In this document: one piece after another, positions 27,387-41,423 of the stretch
Layout: each line of letters opens with the position of its first letter
How positions within the stretch are numbered: position 1 is the first letter of the stretch
The notes under the pieces: model-generated
Database searches by the model: none
Seen by the model: only the letters and a program-made list of their open reading frames with translations
Told to the model about the DNA's origin: nothing
NCBI GenBank assembly: GCA_964016885.1
Contig: OZ024740.1
Span: 47,492,001 to 47,556,000, forward strand
Reading direction: 5' to 3'
DNA: 64,000 nucleotides
Source: Eledone cirrhosa
Taxonomy: Eukaryota
Position numbers and translations under genes: made by a program

Positions 27387-27783
27387 ACTAGAAATTGATT
27401 GACATATATATATATATTTAAAATAAATACATGAAACAATCACAGGAGATAATTTGTAAAGTGTGTAATCACACATAGCTAGGTAGGTAACTAATTAAAT
27501 TTTAACTAGACCTTCCAATATTACCTTTTTAAAAAATGATTAATCCTCCTTTCCTTGTATATATTTCATTAAAGAAATATATTTCACCATTAATCCGTAA
27601 AGTCACAGTATTTAATGAAGGATTATTCATTTTTTAAAAAGGTAATATTTGAAGCTCTAGTTAAAATTTAATTAGTTACCTACCTACCTATGTGTAATTA
27701 CACACTTTACAAATTATACCCTGTGATTGTTTCATGTATTTATTTTAAATATATATATATGTCAATCAATTTCTAGTTGATAT
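27381..27783. repeat. Foldback: ~165-bp inverted arms, ~70-bp spacer, in (TA)n
   Basis: 27381-27547 is the reverse complement of 27619-27783 with few mismatches. Confidence 0.9.
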
Positions 27784-27886
27784 AAAAATGCTCGGATCTC
27801 TTCATTGGAATCTTTGAGCTTATTCTACGGTGGATATGGCGCATGTCTCGGACATGACTCCCTTAATTTAATTTAATTTAATTATT

Positions 27887-27988
<102 letters not shown>

Positions 27989-28088
27989 TTCGGTAATCAA
28001 CTTCTTAACTATTACATGTTGCATTCTTCAAATTGTATTTGGAATCGGGGACGTCAACCTCAGAGTCAAAGCATTTGAAATTTCAGCT

Positions 28089-28145
<57 letters not shown>

Positions 28146-28557
28146 TATTACATTTTATATATATATAGCCACCCCTCTCTTTAACGACCATCACGTTTAA
28201 CGACTGCTCACCCATACAACTGTAATATTTTGTGCACACATTTATTTTATGTACTTTTTTCATTTCCTTTCTGTATTTTTGTTACATAATTTTATGTTGT
28301 ATACACTTTATTCAGAAAACTCCTTTCTTACGTTTCACATATTTTTTAAGTTTATGAGAATTTTGCAACATAAAACAAATTCAGAAGTAGCTAAGATAGT
28401 GTTGCACTTAGACCTTTACTTATTTCTTTATTCAGATAATTTATTTAAGGAAATTGATACTATGATATTTTTCATAGACTCTATCATCCGTCAGCTGATA
28501 TCAAAACAACAATATCTATCAAACCTGGTCGTTAAGTGGGGATTGGGTGTGTGTATG

Positions 28558-28594
<37 letters not shown>

Positions 28595-28859
28595 GTGTGT
28601 GTGTGTGTGTGTTTGTTCGTATATATGTGTGTGTGTGTCGAAAACGGCTTTGATCAACTGAATGATCTACTCAATGAATTAACATTCAAAGTGTCCGAGA
28701 ATTCCCTAGATATGTGTGTTCCTAACATAATTATCAAGTCGATTCAGCGTGACACAGTATGGCAAGGCTGTACCATTGTATTACAGGTAGAGTCCAACTG
28801 ACGGGTTTCTGCACAGTTTCCACCTGCATAATTTCAATCACAATAATTGTCAACCCAGT

Positions 28860-29800
28860 GCTGACGTATGCGACTTGGTTGGCCTATTTATTTTAGACAT
28901 ATTACGTGTTAGATTCCCGGACTTCCACACGGGAATATACCGCGACGATGGACTGACTTTATCGAGCCATAAAAGTGGTCACGACCTGGATCGGTTTAAA
29001 AAAGACTTAACTTCTACCTTTAATGAGTTAGGACTTAGGATAACAGTAGCTACCAACCTCTCTAGCGTAGATTTCTTAGACATTAATTTAGACCTTTGCA
29101 CACATACCTTTAGACCCTTCCATAAGCTAAACGAAAACCTTAATTACATACACAAGGACTCATGCCACCCTCCTGCTGTTTTGAGAAACTTCGTAAATAA
29201 TATCAGTACTAGAATCTCTAACATCTCTAATAAGGCTATTTTTGACAGAGCGGCACCCTACTATTACACTGCGTTAGCTAACAGCGGCTTCTCGCAACCA
29301 ATTACTTACTCCCCACTAACAACAACAGCAATAAGAAAAGAAATCGTAACAATAGACAAACTATCTGGTTCTCTCATCCCTTCTCACTCAACGTTAAAAC
29401 TAATGTAGAAATTATGTTTAGCCCTCTTAGATAGACACCTCCCCATAGGTCACAAATACCGCTCCATCTTTAACAGACACAGAGTAAAACTAGGGTACTC
29501 CTGCGCTAAGAATTTGTCCTAAGAGTGGCACCCCATCAGGATGCTCTTGCCGAAAGCCTCAAGCTTGTCCCCTTCAACAGCAATGCAACACATCCGATAT
29601 AGTTTATGAAGTGTGGTCACTTCCAACCGACCAAATCAACCACAGGAGTTCAAATCATATGTGGGTATGGTGGAGGGCCGATTTAAGGAAGGCCTCCTGA
29701 ACCATCAGTCGACCTTTAGGTACCCGAACAAACGATCATCCACGAAACTCGCGAGACGTATCTGAGGATCTTGCGATTTCAGAGTCAGGTTCGATCATCG
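28860..29800 (+). mobile_element. Decayed Penelope-like element (RT C-terminal half + GIY-YIG remnant)
   Basis: LVGLFIL..GIYRDDGL..DFLDINL..YIHKDSCHP; downstream SYVGMVEGRFK. Confidence 0.85.
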
Positions 29801-29972
29801 CATCGATCGTGCCTCGAGCTGGTCGCCAGAGAAACGATTGTAATATGTCTAATAAATTTTAATTCGTCGCACCACTGATTCGCCGTTTCTTATGTGATGT
29901 TATACTCTGCTCTGTAAAAGCATCGTGTGTTCAAACGGCCTACCGCATACGGACGCTTTAAGCATCCCACAC

Positions 29973-30119
<147 letters not shown>

Positions 30120-30204
30120 GAGATTAGGATGTTTCTAAACGTGCTGACGTATATGTGTGTGCGTATGTACATATACATACATTACAAGCAGATAATACAC
30201 ACAT

Positions 30205-30422
30205 CAAGGACGACATAAAACACAAAACTAGATAATACATACATCTAGGACCACGTACAACACACAAGTAGGTAATACATGCATGTAGGACCGCATATAA
30301 CACACAAGCAGGTAATACAAACATGTAGGACCACATACAACACACAAGCAGGTAATATTCACATCTAGGACCACATACAACACACCAAGCGGGTAATACA
30401 TACATCTAGGACCACATACAAC
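30205..30422. repeat. ~39-bp minisatellite, ~5-6 copies
   Basis: Repeating TAGGACCACATACAACACACAAGCAGGTAATACATACATC-like unit 3' of the CRE relic. Confidence 0.85.
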
Positions 30423-30504
30423 AAAAGGCATCGAAAGGGGTGGACAAACAAGCTACTACCAGAGCAAAAGATAACAATATCACGGGGAGCACTGGGAAAC
30501 CTCT

Positions 30505-30955
30505 CTAATAATTTTTGAGACAAGCCAGTACACTCGCAGCGTTACCTCGGGTGAAGGGGAGGCTGAGGTACTGGAACAACCAAGCGCCTTCACTAGCTTC
30601 ACCAATTACCTCTGCTAGGCGAGCCGCCAGTGACGATAAGAACCTCGCAGTCAGTAGCCCGACTTCCCCAAACGTCTCGAATACCACAGGCTGGAGAATG
30701 CAGTTGGCCAACAGAACACGGTATTTTAGTATTTTGTTCTGTTCAGCTGCGGATGTTGTGGCTCTCTCCCTTACTGCTGCATCCAGGATGTGGGAACAAG
30801 CAAAAGAGTCACTAACTGTAATGTTCCAGACAAGGCATCTGCCTCTTGACCAGGAACACAGGATAAGGCCGTCAGGTCTTTTCCCATCAATTCTGGACAA
30901 TCCAGACAGTTTCAAAATTGAGGGGATGTTTGCCCGGGCCAAAGCTCTTCAGTAG
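30505..30955 (-). mobile_element. CRE-like non-LTR retrotransposon RLE domain relic
   Basis: GKRPDG..W..G..LVW.ITV..AEQNK..KY..PVVFETFG..WLFQYLSL..RGNA. Confidence 0.85.
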
Positions 30956-31061
30956 TAATAGAACAGCGTGTGTATGTGCACGTGCGTGAGTTTGTCGGCA
31001 TTCTTAAATTAGAGATGTGTGTGTGTGTTATATATGTGTGTGTCATATATATGTGTGTGTC

Positions 31062-31103
<42 letters not shown>

Positions 31104-31234
31104 CACCGTTTTTAAGTTAGAGACATATATGTGTATCTCCCCTTCCTTCCTTTTACACACATACATTCACACAAACACACACACACATTTTGTGACGGAC
31201 GGATGGATAGAAGTCGCTCAAATTTATATACATG

Positions 31235-31860
31235 TGAATGGAGTTCCACTGGAGCAGCTGGAGAAGTTCAAGTATCATGAGTGATGGAAAGCAAGAGGCT
31301 GAATTAAATGCAAGAATTGCAAAAGTTGATGCAGTAATGCGCTAGCTTCAGCATTCAGTAACCAGAAGAAGGGCGGTAGGTGTAAAAGCCAAACTCGCTG
31401 TCTTCCTGGTATTTCTGCCAACCCTTACCGAGGGTCATGAATCTTGGGTAATGACCGAAAGAATACAATTGCAAATACAAATGGCAGAAATGGGGTTCTT
31501 CAGAAGGATCCTTGGAGTAACGTTACTCGATAAAGGGCATAGCTCAGAGATCAGAGAGTCACTCCTTTTAGAGCCGCTACTTCTCCAGATTGAGAGATCA
31601 CAGATCCGATATTATGAGCATGTGGTTAGAATGTCTCAGGAAAGAATCGCTGGACACATTTTACAGGCAAAACCAACCGGCAAGAGACCCAGAGGTAGAA
31701 CCCGAGCAAGATAATTGGATAACATCTATGAGCTTGGCTGGTCACGCTTTGGAATCCAGCTGGACCAGTTAGAGATGTTTGCTTCTGACAGACTCACAGG
31801 AAGGAGTGTTTGAGGAGGACTCTGCCTCCACGACCTTCTCAGAAATAACTGGGTGAAGAA
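31235..31860 (+). mobile_element. Decayed RTE LINE 3' end
   Basis: LEQLEKFKY, GHESWVMT, AEMGFFRRI, GKRPRGR. Confidence 0.85.
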
Positions 31861-32322
31861 GATATTGTCAATTTACTTTTCAATTTACATATCATATCTA
31901 TAAGTATATATATTTGCGTATAAAACCAATGCGCACACTACATATGCTAGCAGAAAACCACCCTATTTCTGGTTTCCCTCAGTTAAACTGACAATACTTC
32001 TGCACGTTAAATTTTGCATCTGGTATGAAGTGATACTGCAGTTCTCATGGTGTTGTCGAAATATTCTAATTCACATTTCTTTCCCTCAGATTTCCCATAA
32101 TGACCATGCTGCTAAAACATTTAAACTGGAATATGGGTTTTGATGGCTTTTCTTTCGTGTGAGTTTTTTGCATTCATCTGGGTATTTCTTCTTACTGGTA
32201 CTAATGCGACGAACATATCCATTTACAGTCAAGTTAATATCTGCATGCTCACCCAATTTCATCATAAAATATAAGAACTTTGAAGAGTGTAAATATTTTC
32301 GTTAGAGCTTCTAATTGCGAAA

Positions 32323-32609
32323 GATGCATGGCCTAGAGGTAAGGATGTTGGACTTTCGATCACAATGTCGTGGGTTCAATTCCTTGACTGGGTTGTGTTT
32401 TCTTCTTGAACAAAACTCTTCATTTCACGTTGCTCCAGTACACTCAGTTAAAATGAGTACTAGCAGCAGCTAGAGGTTTAAACCTGCGATGGTTTGACGT
32501 CCTGTCCAGGGAAAGTCTTCTATTTTCAGTCGCTTAACGCCATAGAAACCAGGACAAACACCGGCCTGATGAGCCTCCGGGCTCGAGATAGTCTTTAAGG
32601 TATTTAAGC
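32323..32609 (+). mobile_element. tRNA-SINE (family 2) with 13-bp TSD
   Basis: TCTAATTGCGAAA at 32310-32322 and 32610-32622; TGGCCTAGAGG and GGTTCAATTCC boxes. Confidence 0.9.
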
Positions 32610-33092
32610 TCTAATTGCGAAACATTCTGTTGTTTCGTTTTAACAGGTCTACGATTTTGACAAACGAAATATTTGCCATTGTACTTAATGGAATCCATGT
32701 AAATAACATCAACGATATGTACTTTTTTAAAACGCAACGTTATTTTACGACTTTTGTAATTATCAAATGATATGATACTGCACTGTAAAATATCGCCAAG
32801 GTAAATAGTTAATTTTCTCTAACACATTAACATCAAAAGTTATTAGAAAAATTCACCAACAAAATCATCAAATCCTCCTGTCGATAACATAATGAAATGA
32901 AACCGTTTCATAGCACAATCAGCATTAAAGCTCAACTAATCAGTTAATAGTATTTTTTTGTGTGTGTTTTTCTTTTTGTTTTCTTTCACATTTTCATAAC
33001 TATATAACTGTTCTGAACTGATTCATCATCTAACCAGAAAGATTTTACGTTTTTGTACACGTTCCTCGTTTCCAACTCCGTTTTAGATTTTG

Positions 33093-33171
33093 CATTTAAC
33101 ATCTTAGTGTTGTTATTTAACATCTTAGTGTTGTCATTTAACATCTTAGTGCTGTCATTTAACATCTTAGT
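33093..33171. repeat. 21-bp tandem repeat x~4
   Basis: CATTTAACATCTTAGTGTTGT unit; minus strand reads (TKMLNDN)n. Confidence 0.9.
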
Positions 33172-34740
33172 CTTGTTCTTAAAACGCGTCTTAAACCATC
33201 TAGACGGTGCATGTCTAGTTGTATTTCTTTTCTCGATTTAGTCGAATATTAATACTGGTTGTGCTGCTAAACTGTCTCAGGGGGATTTAGTGACTTTTGT
33301 CGATGAACATTTCTTTGCTCTTGAGAGGAATTATTTTAACATGTATGTACTCTACTTATCGCAAACTTTCTGTTACCAGAAGACAGAAATACTTTGAACT
33401 GAACGATACAGAAGATGTCTTAGTTGATGCTTGCAAATGTGAAGCTTTAAATAATTGAGCATGCTAAATATATTATCAATTATGTTCACAACTTGTTTGT
33501 GAATAGTGATATTTTCAAAATCTTTGTGCTGTTATGAGTGATATTATACATTTACATAACTTCAGTCACAGGTTTGCAAATAACGCTATAAAAACAGTAT
33601 AAACTGCAGAAACAACCTAACCTTTCATGATAAGGTAAAATTTACAATCCAAGGATACTGGTGAAAGTCTGCGTCGGTGAAAGTTAGTCTCTAATGTTTG
33701 TAGAAACTAATACATTATAGCGAGCTGATTTACCATGAAGAGTATTAAAAAATCGATTATGTAGACTACTTATCCTTCTTTGGGGGAAAATATTATGGAA
33801 GCTAATACTATGGACGAAAACATGTAAATGAGAAAATAAACATGGAGGTGAAAGAGTAATGAGTAGAGACAAGTGTTGAGAGAGGTGTTGAAAAAAGTGT
33901 CAATAGTATGGAGTAAGTTGTGTAGGAAATGAGCGATGTTGTGTGAGAAAAAGTATTGGTAAAATTTTGTAGCATGAACAAGATCATTTTAAATGGAGGA
34001 AAGGTATTTAAACGAGAAATGAGAAGGCAGGAGGATGTGGACGATAGCCAATAAAAGTATAAGGTAGATAAAAAAGGAGAGAATGGTGGGAGGAGAAAAA
34101 CTAATAGTCAATATACAAAACCTCATTAAAAACCATTGGCATTATATAAAAGTTATTGAGCAGTATCTAATAAAAACAAAATACAGATTAAAGGGAACAG
34201 AAAAGGAAGAAAAAAAGGAAAAGAAAAGAAGTATAGGAAAAAAAGATCAAGCAACGGAAGAAAGGGGAAAGGGTAGCATGGGAAAGAAAGGAGTGGGTCA
34301 CATAGTAGAAAGAAGTTATGAAGGGGTGAGTGGTAATGTAGTTGAACAGGAGGGTAGCTGGTGAGAGGGAATTAAATTATGACTCGAGAGTATAATACCA
34401 ATGGCGTGAATTATTTCATATATCTTATTCTATGTAGTTTGTGGCTATAAAACGATCAGAAGCAGTTTCGTCCAAACGCTTACTCTTAACATTATGCCAT
34501 AATGTACTACATAATATATCCATAGATTTTGTTCAACATGTAATTAACAAATAAAAACACCTTGCCGCTGTATAAAATAACTACTGATGCATTAACAGTG
34601 TTTTGCTTTAATGTTATACTGTACTACAGAATATATAAGCCAACACTGTTAACACCTCATCTTTATATAAGGCCTTGTAGTTCACTAATACCTACACTAT
34701 ATAAGAAACTTCCCTCAAAATAATATAAAATTTCACTTAC

Positions 34741-34779
34741 CTGTGAATGTAGGTTTAATTGTAGGTGTAATGGTGGGCA
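34741..34779 (-). CDS. Micro-exon 39 nt xPTITPTIKPTFT
   Basis: CAG / GTAAGT, phase 1-1. Confidence 0.85.
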
Positions 34780-35745
34780 CTGTAGTGGTAAAAGAAATCA
34801 GTTTTTTAAATACCTTTAAATAACAAGTGTGAATCGTAAATAAAGTATTTCATACTTTTCAGACAACTACCATGAGCTTTGCGTATCTCTCAGAGTAATC
34901 ATATAAATTTTTTGGTGGGGTGAATAATACTATATCCCATTTCTTCATTATATTACTCCAAGCCTTATTGATGATGCTGTATTTCACTTCATTTGGTCTT
35001 TAAATCTAAAGCCAGATCGCCCTTAATACATTTCGTTAGTTTCGAAGTTAGGTCTACAGTAATTAGTGAGGCCAGTGATGCATCTCGAAATATTGTCCAT
35101 AGCTGACATAGAGAGATTACATTCTATGAAGGTTGCCATACTAGGTAGTGTTGTTTTCTCTAGGAAACTACCGTTGTATGTTCTCTCATGTTCCAGGAGA
35201 TTTCATTTATTTCTGAAATGATTCATTATATAACTAAGGATATTTGGTATTTTCGGTGCAATCCATAAAGTTGACTGTGTGATTACTCTGTAAAGTTTGC
35301 CGTTGATATGGAATAACACATTATTGCAATTCTTAACATAATGTTGAAGCATTCTAAATGATGCATTTTCTTTCGCATTACTTTTCTCGTTATCTTCATA
35401 TACTCGAGCATCAATGATGATTGTGATGGTAAAATATGCAAACTGACTAGAGTTCTGGCTTGCGATATTGATGATTTGTATATCTGGTGTTACTTCTTTT
35501 GTGTCGATGAATATTTAATTCTTATAGGTATTAATTTGAAGACCATAGATGAGTTAACTCGGTATATTTAGTGTTTCTATCGAAAACAATTAGGCTCGTC
35601 GGGAAATACGAGGAAAGAATTCTTCGTGAATTAAATTTTATTTTAAGCCAATTATGAGAGACACATTATCAGAGTTTGCAGATTTTTAAAAAGCTCCTAA
35701 CTAAATATTGAGTATGAACATATCTCCAATTTGTAATGTACTTAC

Positions 35746-35784
35746 CTTTTTTTTCAGGGTTTATGTGACATAAATTGGCTGCCA
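35746..35784 (-). CDS. Micro-exon 39 nt xAANLCHINPEKK
   Basis: TAG / GTAAGT, phase 1-1. Confidence 0.75.
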
Positions 35785-36464
35785 CTAAATTCAAGATAAG
35801 AAAGTATTAACTCAAATATTTCTGAAAGACAATCAAAATGTATGTAATGTATTTTCTACAATTCAAAGAATAGTGATAGCGTCTAAGAACTTCTCCGTCT
35901 CTTCTAGACTAGTCACATAGATGCGGTCGACGTTCATATTTTACATCTGTACGTCGAACTCTACAGGAAAAGCTTGGATGGAGAGGAAATATCAAAGAGC
36001 AACAGTTCACAGTCTGAACCAGACGACCCTGTTCATGGACATAAAACTGATTTTTACTCTCAACGTGGCCTTATTTTTACATTCTGGTCCCATCTATGTG
36101 GCTGAGGATCAATTTGCATGAATGTATGCCGATATCTTCAGGATAATTTGGGTAGAGACATATTTCTAGGTGTTAGTTCAGCACCCCCGCCATGAGAACC
36201 CGTTCATCACATATGTCTACATAGCTGATACAGTGTTCTGTCATTTCTTCTAATTAGACCTGACTTTTATCTCAATACCGTTTCTCGTTTTGAAAGATCA
36301 GTTAATAACAATTGGATGTTTCTCAAAATGTTTTTTGGTGTGCGATAAAAGTGTTGTTATTGTGAATTAGTCTGATTTCCTAGAAAGATATTCAAAATTT
36401 CCCGTGAGACTATTTTCAATAAATTTATGATTCATCGTGTAGACATGAATATTTTAAGTCTTGC

Positions 36465-36626
<162 letters not shown>

Positions 36627-37186
36627 CTCTCTCTCTCTCTTTTTTTTTACACACACACACACACACACTCTTTCTCTTTCCGTTTCTAATTCGTTCAATT
36701 CAAAGTACTATTGTTTTTTTTCCTTTTAAGTGCAGTTCTTTCAAAATATTGTTGTTGGCTACTTTTCTTCGTTTTCATTTAGTCCAGCATTAATCATAAT
36801 TATGTCGCTAAATTATGTAAACTGTCTTAAAATATGGAGTCCTTAGCCAAAGGTGTTAATATATTTCGTTTCTGGGCAGTCTTTCTTTGGTCAACAAATT
36901 TTGTATTTTTTGTGATGTTAATTTGAAGAGCATATTTCTTTTTAATTAAAAAAGATCTATAGCAGACACTCTGTAGTTGCGCTTTATAGTGTACATTTAT
37001 TTCTTAGAAATGTAAACTCGGCGTACATTCATATTTAGGTATCATTAAGTGTGCATACTATTGCAGGGATGAGTATTATAACTTAGGCCTAATTGACGCA
37101 ATTTTTGATTGAGAAATAATCAATCCAAACTTATTGAATTTTCTTGTTTTACTCTATACACGAAAGAATTCGTAATCTTTATTTAT

Positions 37187-37225
37187 GCCCTATTGCAGGC
37201 TTTGGGACAAATGGACTTAGGGCCA
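37187..37225 (-). pseudogene. Micro-exon 39 nt xALSPFVPKPAIG with broken donor
   Basis: Acceptor intact; donor reads ATAAAT. Confidence 0.6.
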
Positions 37226-38739
37226 CTAAAAATAAATGAAGAAAATATTTAACTGAAATTTGTTTGAAAGACAATAGTGTATATTAAAGCATTTTAGTAA
37301 GGATGATAACTTTAGGTTCTCCCAAACTAATTACATAAGTTTGATTACTATTTAGTTTCAACATTTTTAGGCACACGTATACAGTATAGTGGGAGGCGTG
37401 TTTCCAGAGGCTAACATTTGAATATATCCTCAAGGTGTCCCAGTTCATAGACGGCTATCTTCGGATCCTGCATTTTGTTTTGTTGCCACTTTAAATGTAT
37501 AGCATAATCTTTCTTATCACTGATTATCAGTTGGGAAGCTAAGTCATCAACAACTAGCGTTGCTGAAGGTGCCAATTAATTTCACAAGCTCGCGTAAGAT
37601 TGTGTTTGGAGATCTTTTCAATGCCAGGCCAGGCAGTTTGATTTTCTATTAGGTAATGACTATATTTCCTCAATAAAGCCAGAATAACTTCCTATTTGTT
37701 CTGAGCTGAATCATCATGTAATCATAAGAACTTTATGTTTTCGGTTAATTTTGCATTTAATGTGTTGTGATACGTCCAGTGCCATTCAAATGCTGTTGTA
37801 TACTTCTAAAAGATGGATTTTCTGTCGTATATCTATTTTTTGTATACTCATTTAGTCGTGTATAAATAATGATTTTGTTCTTAAAATATATAAACTGTGC
37901 ATTAGACAGTCGCTAGAGGCTACAGAAAAATATGAAACTGAAATATATTTGATACACAACGGCAAATAGTCAATTAGATATTTTTCTATAGTTATAGTGG
38001 CTATAATCATATTTGGTTCTACTAGGCGAATCACGTTGATTTAGTTACTATATGATTTGAACATATGTCGGTACGCGTATACAGTAGAAGACGAAACGTG
38101 TAATTTCGGAGGCTAACGATTTATCTCTACAAAAAATTACCGCTCAAAAAACAGCTGTCTTTTGATCAGATGCTGAGTTAATACTTTGTTTCATTTTCTG
38201 TTAAATATAAGACAAGATCATATTTATTACCGTCTGTCACTATAGAAATGAGTCGACAACAACTGGGATAGCTGAAAATGTATTTCAATATTGCTGGCTT
38301 GCATTGGTAATGTATTTCAATATTATCAATGCTATACAGTTCAATTATCTGTGACAATAGCAATGTTTTGAATTTAATCACCAAGATATGGTCATGAGTT
38401 ATCTCATCTGACCTGATCCATCGTGTAACCCCAGAAATTTCATTTGTCTTTAATATGTAGTGACGCGTTTGCAATATTTAGGTGGTGTTGTATATTTCTA
38501 AAGGATATATTTGTTGTCATATGTTCTTCCTTCTGATATTCGTCAGACATAAATAATGAGTATGCTGCTAAATATATATAAACTTTTTTAATAAATAAAT
38601 AAAAACATTACATTTATTTTGTGGTGTCAAAAATGTTGTCGCACTCTGTAACCTGGTTACTAACACATAAATAAATGCTTCCGGTTTAAGTGTTGAGGTT
38701 GTATTTTACGTATAGCAAGATATAGCTTATTACAGAGTT

Positions 38740-38960
38740 CATGATTGTTATCCAACCATCTTGCTTGGCATCTACCCCTGCGATTCTTTCCTGAGACATT
38801 CTGATAACATTTCTATAACATTCTGATAACAGCTCTAACTGCACAGATTTCCTGATCTCCGAGTAACACACTTTATCGAGTAACATTTCTCCAAAGACCC
38901 TTCCGAGGAACTCCATTTCTCACGCTTGTATTCGCGATCGTGTTGTTTCGGTCATTACCC
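38740..38960 (-). mobile_element. RTE LINE fragment
   Basis: MEFLGRVFG..LLDKV..SEIR..RMSQERIA, similar to 31451-31714. Confidence 0.75.
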
Positions 38961-39300
38961 GATATGCACTTGATAGGTTTGCTTACCAAGTGCTGCGAAG
39001 ACAGAGATTCGTCACCTCAAGGAAGCCTGCGCAGTAATGCACCAGCTTTAATATTCAGTCACCAAAAGAAGGTAGATATAAAATCAAAACTCTTCACTTC
39101 AGTATTCATGACAGTCCTTACCAATGGTCATGGTCAATTTTACATCATTAAAGAAATATATAATTTTGTAAATGTTACATATATGTATATAATGTATATA
39201 ATGTATATAATTTTGTAAATGTTACTTACATCTCGTAAATGTTACTTACATGTATGTATTGAATGTATATAATGTATATAATTTTGTAAATGTTACTTAG

Positions 39301-39339
39301 ATCTCGGTGCGTGAATAGGGATTAATTGTGGAGGTACCA
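39301..39339 (-). pseudogene. Micro-exon 39 nt xVPPQLIPIHAPR with broken donor
   Basis: Acceptor intact; donor CTAAGT; displaced GTAAGT duplicates at 39224-29 and 39244-49. Confidence 0.65.
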
Positions 39340-40479
39340 CTAGAATCAAGAGAACAAAACATCAGAGTGAAATATATTCTTAAGACAACTGCAATGCATA
39401 AGGTTAACAGAATTGTTGTAACATTGATCACTTCAGTTTTTCCCAGTATTCTTATATATGTAAGTATACGTATATAATAATAGTTGAGGCGTAGTTCATG
39501 AAACTTGCATACTAGTATCTCTTTAAGGTGAACCTCTACATAGATAAATGCCTCCGGGTTAAGTGCAGAGGTTGTATTTTACGTATAGCAAGATATAGCT
39601 TATTACTTATTGGCGCGGTGAAGATGCCCCTCTAAATATCACGGGTTTACAGGAAATTACGTCAAGTGAAGATATTATCAATGTTGTGCAGTTCAATTTT
39701 GACTATTTGATGGCTACATTGGCAATCTTCCAGCAGGAAATTTCTTGTCTATTTTGGTCTCATTCATAACGTAACAAAGGAAAGTTTGTTTTCGCTATGG
39801 TCTCACATGCCATATTTACCACTCCGTAAAATTGATATCACTATCGAAGTATAAACTTTGTATTTAATACGTAATGACACGTTAGTATTATTTAGATGAT
39901 ATTGGGGGCTTCTTCCAAAGCAAGTATTTGCTGCCGCATTTCTGTTCTAAGTATTTCCCTGTGTAAAAAAATTAAATAATGATTATTGTTGCAACATTAA
40001 GTACACTGTATCATTTTATGACGTTCTGTATTGGACGTGTCCTGATCTATTCTCCGTGTAGATTCGTTGTTTATTTCAATAAGTATTTCTTTCTCCTTTG
40101 AGTTATTTTGAAAGGTGTGTATACTTATAATTAGGAGATTGAGTAAGTCCTCATATTCCCGTAATTTGAGTTATGAGACAAATAACAAAATGAAACTTGA
40201 AACATAAAATATTCTAGATTGAAGCATGGTTTAGTTAAACTAGAAACAGGTGTACCTTTTTAAGTGACCACATATAGATAATATCAACTACATCTTTGTC
40301 ATTGACTGAAGTAGAATCTATTGTTTATCAACATAAACAGCATAAATAATGTGTTTGGATGTTATCTCTTATTATACCATTTATAACTTGGGTGTTTTCG
40401 GAATATGCGTCTTCAATAGAATTCTCTTTTAAGCCATAAATGACATATTGTACAAAATAATTTTGTAATATCTACTTAC

Positions 40480-40518
40480 GTCCTGGTGGAGGAATTGCTG
40501 TAAATGTATTAGTGGGCA
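40480..40518 (-). CDS. Micro-exon type A 39 nt xPTNTFTAIPPPG
   Basis: TTCTAG / GTAAGT, phase 1-1. Confidence 0.85.
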
Positions 40519-41083
40519 CTAGAATCAGTAGAAGAAAATATGATGCTGCAAAACGTAATATCAGAGTCTAACAACTTACCTCTACAAAGAAACCCATCTC
40601 AAGAGACAAATCTCTCCAGATTATGCGTCGAAACAGTATTTTATTTCATTTTCTGTTTAAATCTAACTCAAGGTCATACTTATTACCGTCTTTCCATATC
40701 GAAATGAGTCAACAATAATTGGCATGGCTGAAGATACATTTCAATATTGCTGAATTAAGTGGTTTGCTAAAGATATCGTCAATACAGTTCGATTATCTCT
40801 AGAACAATAGCAATATTTTGCATTTAACCAGCAGCATAAACTTATGCTTGTTCTTACCTGATTCATCAAGTAACCATGGAAATTTATTTTGCATTTTTTA
40901 TGCTGTTAATATAAGTAGCATATCTATTTCTAATTAAGACATCGAATGAACCCTGCATTTTCTCCTTGCTGTATGTGGCGACACAAATCACATAATAGGA
41001 GATAAATTCTTGAAAACATAATTGGAGATAGTTTAGTTAAACTATAAACACATCTTTGTATATTGATATGACCAAATATAGAT

Positions 41084-41268
41084 AATTGTTTCTACTTTAG
41101 GCACAAGGCCAGCAATTAACCAGTGCATTACTGGTACTTTATTTTATCGACCCCGTAAGGATGAAAGGCAAAGTCAACCTCGGCAGAATTTGAACTCAGA
41201 TCGTAAAGGGACGTAACTATGCTGGAAAGCATGGCGTCCGACCCTCTACCGATACTGCCAATCCACCG
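41084..41268 (-). mobile_element. tRNA-SINE (family 1) present in one tandem unit only
   Basis: Other units show the empty site GATAATACCAGCC. Confidence 0.92.
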
Positions 41269-41423
41269 AATACCAGCCACATCGTTGCCATTGACTGGTG
41301 TGGGATTTGTTATTACACCATTTCTAACTAGGTTGTGGTCAACATCTGCACCTACAATCAGATCATAACATTTTACATATTAGATGAAACATATTACCAA
41401 ATAATTTTATAATTTTCACTTAC

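Larger units (their letters stand above)
31865..33398 (-). pseudogene. Large exon following the micro-exon array: early stop (VQSISVFW*), then decayed coding-like sequence with ZP-N-like Cys spacing
   Basis: CAG acceptor at 33399; TAA at 33373-75; downstream fragments SFNADCAMKRFHFIML, IYLGDILQCSII..YNGKYFVCQ, YPDECKK, VQKYCQF. Confidence 0.4.

Noticed and set aside
32323-32400. tRNA genes (also at 54470-54540 and the family-1 heads)
   Set aside because: These are SINE heads continuing into SINE bodies, several with TSDs; no complete cloverleaf
32560-32592. CTGATGAG hairpin in the SINE tail as a hammerhead
   Set aside because: No GAAA or stem III/I closure after stem II
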